Shown piece after piece: positions 27,901 through 39,900 of a DNA stretch of 64,000 nucleotides. The DNA is from Phoronis australis. Lineage: Eukaryota > Animalia > Phoronida. The stretch spans positions 711,093 through 775,092 of the forward strand of contig NMRA01000171.1 in the NCBI GenBank assembly GCA_002633005.1. The letters run 5' to 3'. A program made the position numbers and the translations under genes. The notes under the pieces are model-generated. The model saw only the letters and a list, made by a program, of their open reading frames with translations, was not told where the DNA came from and did not search any database. How positions within the stretch are numbered: the stretch's first letter is position 1; each line of letters starts with the position of its first letter.

Positions 27901-30900
27901 AAAATCGTCTCAAGTCACTGCCTTATTACTCCTATAATCCTATTCTAGTCTTATTACAAACCCCTATATTTTTCATGTTTACTGCGCTCCATCGGGAGGG
28001 TGGATGCCGCCTGCATATGTGGCATATAGTCACCCACCTTTACAGTGTAATCTATTGTAACAGGAGTGCCCTGGACATGATTATGTAAGTGAGATATATG
28101 CGCCCTCTAGTGGTCAAGCTGTGTATTACGTATGGAATTTTCCTATGATGTTGAGTCCTTTGGACATGGCCAAATATGGTCAGAAGCTAGGAGCTATGGG
28201 CCTTGCCCTTCAGATGGTGTCTGATTGGTTGAAATTGTGTACTTAAGCTTTGTCTCTGTCAGACACGAGGAGTCCAGTCGCAGAGTTCAAGAAGCAAACA
28301 TTAACACCTTCACTCACACCAAATTGCAACTGTTCGTGCAGCTTTCGGGCTCCTCCCGAACTTGGTTGCCAATAGTTTAGCCCCATGCAATTCTCGGGCT
28401 CCTCCCGAGCTTGATTGCATCTCACCTTTCGGATCTGAATAACCAAATTGCCCCGTTCTTGCACACACAACTATTAATCAGCGACTGGCTTGCCCGTGTA
28501 TCAGAACTGTATAAATCACAACGCTGCGATACTAAATCATGGAACAACTGGATTGCTTGTAAGTGTGGAATATTGTAGTTATATATTCTTACAATAAACC
28601 TATGTATTATTCACCAACTTTTAGTTTTCAACATCACCCTCAGTCCGCACCGGGCTCGTAAAATCGGGGCGCCTTGGTCGTAGATACCGCCCCCGTTACA
28701 CTATTATGTCTTCTCACATTAGTATGTACTGTATGTTTACTCATATCACGTTTTCCCCCATGTGTTTGTGGGCGCAGGTGGTTACCGACCGGTGCTAATA
28801 GCCTTCGGTGCCGACGATAGACTGAAGACTGGTTCGAGTTTGTCACTTTCTTAATCTCGACCGTACGTTCACATGTTGTCAGAAGTTAGTTTTATTATTA
28901 TGTTCTATTGTTCTGTTTGTGTTCTAGCATATTGGCATGACACCTGAGGTCAGAACAGTGATGATGTAATTTGTTTACCAAAGAATAGTGTGGAACACTC
29001 TAGATTCTCGCATGTGAGTGATTAATGTAATCTGGAACATTCTAGAGCGTAGTATATTTTTATAGAATGACTGGGTAGATTCCGGAAAGTTATAGAATGA
29101 CTTTGAATTGGTGAAAAATTCTAGAACATTGCGTGAGTCTATAAATATCCAAGCACGGGTTTGTGACAGCCTGTGAGTTGAAAGTCAGCTAAAGTGAGTT
29201 GAAAATCAGCTGGTTACAAGAAATTTACAGTTGCGTTGCAGTGAAGAGAATCAGCAGTTACAGCGATAGTCTATAGAGAGCCAGTTACAAAGATAGCAGG
29301 TTACTGAATCGACGTGTGTAACAGTTGCTGAGTGTAAGTGTCTCAGAAGTTCAACACAAGTCAAGGCTTTGCAGCACTGGCTGGAGCATAGAACAAACAT
29401 TACATCAGACGCTTTGTTTGAGTAGACTTGTGAACGTACGTTCGAGACTTACAAAGTGACTAACACGAACCAGTCTTCAGTCTATCGTCGCACCGAAAGC
29501 TATTAGCACCAGTCGGTAACCAATTGCGCCCACCCTCACACAGGGAAAAACGTGGCACTCACTGACATAAAATATGACCTTATATAACTAGCTTCAGAGC
29601 GCGTCTCGCTGCCCTTTCATTGTAACAGTGTAGCGCATCTAACAACAGAAAATTGTTTTGAGGAAACACTCAGTGTAACCAATCTATATTTAGCTGGTGT
29701 AACATAGGGTATGATGCCATTTAGTTATCCTGTATGTATGCTAGGAACCAGTAGATGCATATTATCAGCTGTACAGTATTCATTACGGAAAACTTGTCTA
29801 TTGAGTAATGAATTACACAATGAAGTAGGGTAAATCTTTTCTATGATATAATGGTACCTATCCAAAAGCTGGAAGCAGAATACTCTATAAACAAAAAGAC
29901 TTTCACAGTACAAACTCTCGCGAGTAGTCTCAGAAAATCTCAGGTTCGCATGCTCTAACAATATAGAATGCATGGGTCATGCGCGAGATTTAGCATTGAT
30001 TTCCACAGTTCTATGCTCATAGACTCTATATTCACGCGGCGGACATTAAAATCCAAAGCGAGGCTCACTGCGATAAACAAAGCGGAAATTTACATTGCGT
30101 GAGTTAAATGGCCGGTCTTTGGAGTCCAACCTGAACATTAAATCTTAAAAAATGCGTCAATAATTAACCACAGAGACGTAGAAAATACAGTGAAAGAACT
30201 AGTCAATGCACCAAAAAGTTTTCTGACGAAAGGATATGGTTTTTTTTCCTGAAAACTAGGTTCGAAACACGAAAAGTAAACATGACCAAATTGCGGCGAT
30301 CGTAGTGTTACGGATTAGGTTTCTTCTTATAAATTCTTGATAAGAATGCTTTCTACACGAACCAGGTCATCTGGTCGTATTGTTGACGAGTTGGTGGCTC
30401 ATAGCAATTTGCTGAAATGTGCAATTAGTCTCATCTGGTTTAATTTATTGATCAAGAGTAGGCCTATTAGCTTCAAGCACAGTCTAGGTTCTGGTAAGGT
30501 AGGCACTACCGGGACTAACAGTTGATTTGTCATTGATCTGAAATAATATTTGATGTTATTAAATATATATTTTGATTACGATAAAAAGCTACTAGGCTCG
30601 CAATTGAAAATAAAAATTGTATGACCATCAATTCTGCTTTCTTGGTTTTAATAATTACGTCTATTTCGTATGTGATATTTTTCAAATATCAATCTCGACA
30701 AAGTTGAATTTTAAAATTAAAAACCTAATTCTTTCGTCCAAAGCATAACCTCGTTTTAGAGCTCAAATTCAGTTAACTGGACAGAACACAATGGCGGATT
30801 TAGAGGGGAGCCATGGGGCTATGCCCCAGCCTCCCTAAATTCTCCCAGATTCCATTTGGCAATTCAGGAGCGCAGATTTCTGACGGGCAAAATCCTGGCT

Positions 30901-33900
30901 AATACTCTGCCTTGCCCCCCCCCATAACTCAAAGTCCTGGATCCCACCTGGAACAAGCATAGTTATCATGTTTCTTCAGAGGCCTCGTTCATATCGAAGG
31001 GGAAAGTTGCCTCGTGTGTCAGCCTTCTGAGATCGAGGGAAACGTTTCGCCGAGTGACGGGTCAGTGAAAACTGACCTCCCGATCACCATCAATAGCATC
31101 CCGCCCTTTTGCAAGCTCTCGTAGCTCTGTCTCAAGTAGCATTTTCAGTGACTGATCTAGGATACAATATAGGCCTNTCCTCGGAGAAGCGGGCAAAGTG
31201 CGATTGTATGCACGCAGGCGGCCCGGAAGTTGCGGGCGCCGAGGATGTATACCTTCTGCTTAGGAAATCTGTCGTTGGACTAAAAGAAAATAAAACGGAA
31301 CGTGTTTCCCCCCCTCATCCGCAACGCGGTCCTAGCTCGAACTCAGTTCAAGTTTCCTCCCGCTTCACGTTGTCACCTCTGTGGTCACAGGTGATTTGAA
31401 CCGGCGTTGGAGAGAAATTTTCCAATCACAAAGGGGATTTTTAGGCCTTGTGGTCGGGAATTTCGCGTCATTTTTCAATATTTTTGAGAGGGGAATAGGG
31501 CCGATATTTGGCCCCAAAACTGAGAGATTGAGGGCCCTGTCCTTTTTGTAAAGAAAAATGCATCGCGCTTCAACCCGTTGTCATGAAAACACAGCCAGAC
31601 TGACCGAAGATTCTCCGGTCCTCGTTGCTATGGCGGCATCCAGTCCGAGATGCGACAAATTATGATTCGAAAACAGTAATGAATTTTACACGGACACATT
31701 TTCCTTCGTCGCGGCGTCTGGAAAGGACCCAACGCTTTCGAATCCCAACGTCCTTAGGGATTGTAAAACAGAGTGTCCGTATTTTTACTCTGCGCGTGTA
31801 AGCGCAGAGTACTGTTATTCCTGGGTTTTCTTCCATTTTATTCTTCTTATTACTCTGCGCGTGTAAGCGCAGAGCACTGTTGTTCCTGGGTTTTCTTCAA
31901 TTTTATTCTTCTTATTACTCTGCGCGTGTAAGCGCAGAGTACTGTTGTTCCTTATTCATATTCTTATTCTTATTCTTATTCTTCTTATTCTTATTCTTAT
32001 TCTTCTTCCGACCAATTTTGAGGCTTAATAACTCCAAATTGGGTGCAGGTACGTTCTTTAAATTCAGCATATGACTTTTGATTGGTTATATAATCATGTT
32101 CCATATTGCACCGGAAGAGGTCGTTTGGTGCAAAGGTCATATAATTTTCAAAATGCTACTCCTCCTTCAGTTTTAAAGCTATCTTTTTCAAATTCGGTGC
32201 ATAGGTATAAGTCAACATGACAATTTTAAAAATTACTTTTCTAAGTAATCGGGTCATCCAATCAGGTAAAATAGGTCAAAGGTTATTAGGTGCAAACTAA
32301 AATTTTGAGCTAGACACTTCAAATTGACAGGTCTGATTGCCACAGGTAAATCAAATCGGAATCCAAGGTTTTAGGTCATTTAGTGCAAACATGGGGTCAT
32401 TAGGTGCATTTTTCTTCTGAAAATTGACCTTTTCAATCAACAAGTATTCTGATGTGTCAACCGTTAGACAATTGTGATTCTCAGCGTTAAACACATTTTC
32501 CATGGGTGTCAGAATATAGTCTGACAGTATTATTAGTTGTATTGTTTTGTTTTGTTATTCAGTTTGATTGGCATGACCCCTGAGTTAAGTACAATGATGA
32601 TGTAATTTGTTTACTACAGAATGGTATGGAACTTTCTAGAAGACTGAGGTCAGAACAGTGATGATGTAATTTGTTTACTACAGTATTGTCTGGAATATTC
32701 TAGAGACTAGTACATGTTTGTAGAATGGTTGGGTAGATTCAGAAAAGTACTAGAATGTGCTTGAATTGATGAAAATTTCCAGAACAATGCATTAGGCTAT
32801 AAATACACAAGCACGGGTTTGTGTTAGTTAGTTGAGTCCAAGAAGATCAAGTCAGTTCACGAGAAGAACAAGTCAGATCAAGAAAGTTAATCAGAACTAC
32901 AGTTGAGTTGCATTGAAGAGAATCAGCAGTTACAGCGTTAGTCAATAGAGAGCCAGCTATAGAGACAGCAGGTTATTGAATGGACGAGTGTAACAGTTGC
33001 TGAACGTGTCTCAGAAGTTCATCACAAGTCAAGGCTTCGCAGCACTGGCTGGAGCATAAACAGACATCACGTCGGACGTTTTGTTTGAGTAGGCTTGTGA
33101 ACGTACGGTCGGGATTAATAAAGGATTAACTCGAACCAGTCTTCAGTCAATCTTCGCACCGAAAGCTATTAGCACCAGTCTGTAACAACCTGCGCCCACC
33201 CACACACGGGGGAAAACGTGACAATAGGCTTTGCAATAATTCTCCTAAAGATGCTTAAAATGCACCGGATAAGGTCAATTAGTGCAAAGGTCATGTAACG
33301 TTGAAAATGTTATATCTCTTACGTTTTTCAAGGAATTCTTTTCAATTTGAGCAAACTGGTGTACGTCAACATGCCAATTGAATACCCTACTTTACTTCGC
33401 AATAGGCCTAACCAATCACAAAAAATAGGCCAAAGGTCATTGGGTGCAAACTAAAATTTTGAGCTAGAGACTTCAAAATTACATATCTGTTTACTAAATG
33501 CGATTGAGTTTGAATTCTAAATATTTGGATCATTTGGTGCACCCACGGGGTCATTAGGTGCATTTTACTTCTGAAAGTTTGACCAATTCATTCATGTTGT
33601 ATTCTTAAGTGCTTAAAGCAAAACATCGATGATTCTTAGCGTTAACCACACTTTAAATTGGTTTTACAATTATTCCTTCAACGGGGTTCATAATGCACCG
33701 GAAGAGGTCAGTTAGTGGAAAGGTCATCTAAAACATTAACAAGTAATTACTCCTACAATTTTAAAGAATTCCTTTTCATATTTGTAAACGGGTTGCTGTC
33801 AGTAACTTCCCATAACAATTCCTTTAATATGCACGCGCAGAGTCCATTATTGTCACGCCGTGACAATAATCTTTCTAGTTCTTCTTATTCTTCTTCCGAC

Positions 33901-36900
33901 CAAGTTTGAGGCTTAATAACTCCAAATTGGAAGCAGGTACAGTCTTTAAATTCAGCATATGACTTTTGACAGTACATGAATTTTGATTAGTTATATAATC
34001 ATATTCCATAATGCACCGGAAAAGGTCATTTGGTGCAAAGGTCATTTAATTTTCAAAATGCTACTCCTTCTTTATTTTAAAAGCTACTCTTTTCAAATTT
34101 GGTACACAGGTATAAGTCAATAAGGCAGTTTAAAAAATACTTTTCTAAGTAATCGGGTCATCCAATCTTCGCACCGAAAGCTATTAGCACCGGTGTGTAA
34201 CAACCTGCGCCCACCCACACACGGGGGAAAACGTGACAATAGGCTTTGCAATAATTCTCCTAAAGATGCTTAAAATGCAGCGGATAAGGTTAATTAGTGC
34301 AAAGGTCATGTAACGGTCAAAATGTTATATCGCTTACGTTTTTCAAGGAATTCTTTTCAATTTCAGCACACTGGTGTATGTCAACATACCAATTGAACAA
34401 CCTACTTAACTACGCAAAAGGCCTAACCAATCAGAAAAAATATGTCAAAGGACATTGAGTGCAAAATTAAAAATTTGAGCTAGAGATTTCAAAATTACAT
34501 ACCTGGTATCTGTTTACTAAATGCGATTGAGCTTGAATTCTAAATATTTGGGTCATTTGGTGCACCCATGGGGTCATTAGGTGCATTTTACTTCTGAAAG
34601 TTTGACCAATTCATTCATGTTGTATTCTTAAGTGCTTAAAGCAAAACATCTATGATTCTTAGCGTTAACCACACTTTAAATTGGTTTTACAATCATTCCC
34701 TCAACGGGGTTCATAATGCACCGGAGAGGTCAGTTAGTGGAAAGGTCATCAAAACATTAACAAGTAATTACTCCTACAATTTTAAAGAATTCCTTTTCAT
34801 ATTGGTAAACGGGTTGCTGTCAGTAACTTCCCATAACAATTCCTTTAATACGCACGTGCAGAGTCCATTATTGTCACGCCGTGACAATAATCTTTCTAGT
34901 TCTTCTTATTCTTCTTCCGACCAAGTTTGAGGCTTAATAACTCCAAATTGGAAGCAGGTACAGTTTTTAAATTCAGCATATGACTTTTGACAGTACATAA
35001 ATTTTGATTCGTTATATAATCATATTCCATATAATGCACCGGAAGAGATCATTTGGTGCAAAGGTCATTTAATTTTCAAAATGCTACTCCTTCTTTATTT
35101 TAAAAGCTACTCTTTTCAAATTCGGCACACAAGTATAAGTCAATAAGGCAATTTAAAAAAATACTTTTCTAAGTAATCGGGTCATCCAATCAGGTAAAAC
35201 AGGTTTAATGTCATTAGGTGCAAACTAAAATTTTGAGCTAGACACTTCAAATTGACAGGTCTGATTGGCACAGGTATATCTATTGGGAATCCAAAGTTTC
35301 AGGTCATTTAGTGCAAACATGGGGTCATTAGGTGCATTTTTCTTCTGAAAATTTGACCTTTTCATTATCCAAGTATACTGATGTGTAAAACGTTAGACAA
35401 GTGTGATTCTCAGCATTAAACACATTTTTTTCATGGGCTTTGCAATAATTCTCCTAAAGACGCTTATAATGCACCGGATAGGGTCAATTAGTGCAAAGGT
35501 CATCTAACGTTCAAAATGTTGTATCTCTTATGTTTTTCAAGGAATTCTTTTCAATTTCAGCACACTAGTGTAAGTCAACATGCCAATTGAACAACCTACT
35601 TAACTTCGCATAAGGCCTAACCAATCAGAAAAAATAGGTCTAAGGTCATTGGGTGCAAAATTAAAATTTTGAGCTAGAGACTTCAAAATTATATATCAGT
35701 TCCTTTCTCATTGACCGCATTTGTCATGAATTGCCTTGTATACTCCCAAACAATTATCATTTCGTGGAACTATTTCTATGATTTCAGGTTGACTTCGTGA
35801 TTAGAGGGTGCTGTATTTGTAAAACAAAATCAATAGCGATGCATACTAAAACGTAAATTTCCACATGCTTGAAAACACTATGCAAATAGTTTCAAGCACC
35901 TAAAGTGAGTTGGGGGTTGACATTCGCTTGAGACTAGCGAATGGCGGAAGAGAACACCTAATACTAGTGGTTTAGCCACGATCGAGGAATGATAAACAAA
36001 TGTATCTTCTAAATGAAAACATGAAAAGAAAACATCTGCGGGTAGCACGTGTGTTGTATAATGTCTTTTTACAGAATGGAAGACCAGGAATTTTGACTAT
36101 GTGTGAATATTGTCATGCTGCAGTGCGTGAGAAAAGAACTTTGTTTATGGACAAAGAACTGTTGTTACGAACTGTTCAAAGCGCTTAACGAGAAAAGAAC
36201 TGGGTTATTAAGAACCGAACTAAGGTTGATAAGAAGAGAACGACAACTTGTAAGACAAAATGAGTCACCGAAGAAAGGAAGTTGTAAACGAAAACATCCG
36301 TGTGTGCTGTGAAAGTGGAAGGTTGGCCGCCTTCCACCTTCAGCAAATAAAAGTAGGATTCGAGATCAGTCCATGGTTAGAGACAGCCGTATGGGCTATT
36401 CAAAGCTGCGTTTTGTCCTGCTTAACTGGATAAAAATTGAAATCGAATTACCGGGTAGGTCTTTTACACTAAAAAATCGGTCTCATAATATTCGTTACAG
36501 TAAAATGATTCTATTTCCTCTACCAACTCTAGTCACAGGCAATTCGTAATTGCACCATTTCGCATTCTAAAATGTAGGGTTGGCCAAACCCAATAAACTC
36601 TGAAGGGTTTTCTTGGGTTGCTGGTAGTTTAGAAGTTCTTGTTTGTAATAGAAATAGAAACCTATCAGGGTACAGAATGATATGAAACCAGTTCCATCTT
36701 CGCTACTCCGTCAACTAAACTAGGCGAATCCCAGCTTAAGATAATGTATCTTGTCGCGCTAATGTTCTCTATTTGTCGTCGGTCGCCTATTTGAAAAATT
36801 CAGCGTTCTTACCTGGAATCACGAATGACTTCATCATCTTAAACATTGCTCTTCCATCGTTGATGTCGGTTATGTTGTAATCTCCACTCTTGTTCAAGGC

Positions 36901-39900
36901 CAGCATGTACATGTACACAGCGTCGTACAAAAATGGGGAAAATCGAGAGGCCTAAAATAAATACAAATATACATGTAATGTAAAATCATGGGAAAGAGGA
37001 CATGATGTTGACAAACAAAGCAATACCTTGTTGTATCCTGTCGACGACTTGACATTGTGAAGCGTCGATCATGATCACACAAGAGGTAGAACAAAATTTA
37101 TCTTCTTGATAATTATCTTTTCTATTTCATTCGTCCAAAAATTCATGAAAATTAGTTTTATTTGATCAAATAGCTTTTATACAAAATCTATGGAAATTAA
37201 GAAGAAATACAAAATGAGATGAAGAGTTGTGGAATGTCATTAAACCAACTCACGCATGCAGGTGTCCGTCCCCCTGAGTCATAATCAGGCCCGGGTGATT
37301 AGTGCACACCACTGACATTTACAGATATGATGACTTTAGTTGGAACTGTCTTCCAATACTATTGTTAACATTGGTTTGTCGCAGGTAATCCAAATAATCA
37401 AACAAAACAGTATTTCTGAATAACGACATACCGAAAGACCATTGTCCTTGGCGTAAGTGTTACTCCACGGAGGATCAGCCATTCGGAGAGGTACTTGCTT
37501 CTTGAAATCTTTCGTGAAGCGAGAGGTGGAATCCACAAATGTTACCTGAAAAAGTGTGATGAGGTTGACACAAAACTCGTATATTTGAGCTTGGAAGGAA
37601 AGCTTTTTTGAACCAAAACAACCACGTTGCCAATACGGGTCGGGCTTATCTCTCCAATGCCTTTCTTAACTCTCGCTAATGGACAAATTAAATAATTTCT
37701 GTCACAGTGTTATATATTTCTGGAGAGAGTTGGGTGAGTTTTACTTTACGATAAAAGAGAAACAGACTAATACAAAGACGTTCGCTTACCAAAAATGCAG
37801 CCATGTACGCAAGGCGGGCTTCTTCATCCATGGAGTCACCCCTGTACCAAGGCTTGAGAGACCCTGTGTAGTATGTTCGCGGAATAAAAAACGCGTATTC
37901 CCCGTCCGTCATACCAAGCGCTTTCGCTCGCAATAGAATCTTTCTTTCTTCGTCGTCTAGTCCACAGAGAGCAATAACTGCAAAAAGACAGGGTTCTACG
38001 GTTCCCAGATGCTCCCTGACACTTGTAACATTAACGCGGGTTTTGTTTAATCATAGATATGACACAAAAAACTCAAAAAAGTTAGTGACGCGACTTGTAA
38101 CGCAATCGGACGTAACGTATATTAATACATTGAGCACGGTCTTTAATGTTATTGCTGCATAATAACCATTCACTACGTAAGTCACCACTAGCGCTTATTA
38201 TTTTACTAGTGTGGGACACTAAACCCTGAACGTGAAGTAGTTCTCTTAGTTTTATGGCTGAGTACACTGTATTGTGAGCCAGTAACCAACTTGGTGACAC
38301 TCTGGCAGATCTCAGTTTGACGCTACTGATTGCACAAAATATAAAACGTGTAAATATAGATTATTACATGGCGAAGTCGTTATCCCCCGTTATCTAGAGC
38401 CCGAGTGGATTTTGGAGAATTCTCCAAAATCCACGAGGGCTCTAGATAAGGGGGATAACGACTGAGAACATGTAATAATCTATTTATACCACATACTAAA
38501 CGAGAAACATTGCAATGAATCGATCTACCTTTCTCGATTCGCCTCGGCTTTGTAACTACGTTCTATGTCAGAGGCCCGGGGTCGGAGGTCGTGACCTTTT
38601 AAGAAAAGCCGAGCTATTTTTGTCAAGTAATGCTTATACTCAAAACCAATTGGAAATTTAAACAAAATAGAAATGAAGTGAATCTCTAAATTAAGGTTAA
38701 GCAACTATTATAGCTTAAAACACGTTTTTTTTTCACGCTAAGTTTCGACCGGGAAATTATCGTCTGCTAAAGTAGGTTACCACTGGTAACTGAATATAAT
38801 TCTAAAGTCAAAGATCCTGACGACACGATACTTGCATTCAAACTGGAGATCGGTGATTTACAAGTAAGAGGACACGAGAGAAAATTTTCACTGAATTAAG
38901 ATATCATTTTCATGGAAATTATGTGTCTTATTTTTCGTAACGTATAAGTACAGTACAATGCGGTTTGTTGAACGTGCGATTATTGCGCGTGGTCATTTAA
39001 GTATTCTATTTTCACTCTTGATGACGTCAGTCGCTGCATGGTGCAGTGGCAAAGTCGGCGACCAGCAATTCCAGGGTCCCGGGTTCGACTCCGTCCTCGG
39101 TTTCCCGCCAAATCGTTATCTCACTAGCGAGATAACTTTATGGGTTATTACACGGTTGTATCTACCATTTGACGCTAATATTGTAGTATAGTAAGCATTA
39201 TACCACAATATTAGCGTCAAATGACAGATACAACCGTGTAATAACCCATAAAGACAGAACAATTTCCTGAACCCCCTCCCGACCTTCCCCATTCGATGCT
39301 ATGCGCATCTACAATCGTGTTTTGCGCAAATGTTTCCCCTTGTGATATCCTAGATCCGTCACTGTGGTGAAAAGCCCTCCGGTAGAACTTCAGCTCTGTT
39401 TACAGAGCTGGGTATATTGTAGCCAGCCAGCTAGCTGCATGAAGACTATCGTCAAAATATATTAAGTATACAGCTTTGTACCAAGGCTAGGAAAACTGGC
39501 TAGTCTCTGTAATAACAATATCAGCTCACAGGCCTACGTGGCGCGGAAAGTGCTGACGTGTCACTAAATTAGCTTGTTTCGTTTCCACATACGTGTGCTG
39601 TTCAACAAAATACAGCACTTTTGCACGTACCTCTAGCTCGCTGTTTCAATCTGTTAAGATATACATCGATGGCCTTCGTCGACAGTTTATCCGGATTGTA
39701 CTGTATAAACTCTGATAATGTGTACGTATGACGCGTTGACATAAGAATAAACTCCCTCTGTATAGTCGAGGCAACGTACTTGCAGACGGGAATGTCACCG
39801 TCTCCTGAAAAGGCGGACCAATAGTCTTTGCAGGAAGAAGAAATGCTTAGTATTCAATTGTCATCGTGATTAATTTTTGTCATGTTCGTCGTCATCAACA

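Noticed and set aside
31787-31945. Regularly spaced palindromic 24-bp repeats resembling a CRISPR array
   Set aside because: The spacers are near-identical, the context is eukaryotic, and the repeat is the duplicated 5' end of the HINE element.
33715-34930. Repeated small ORFs ([15 protein letters not shown]..., also at 46966-47166)
   Set aside because: Identity reflects copies of the non-coding HINE 3' region, not a gene family.
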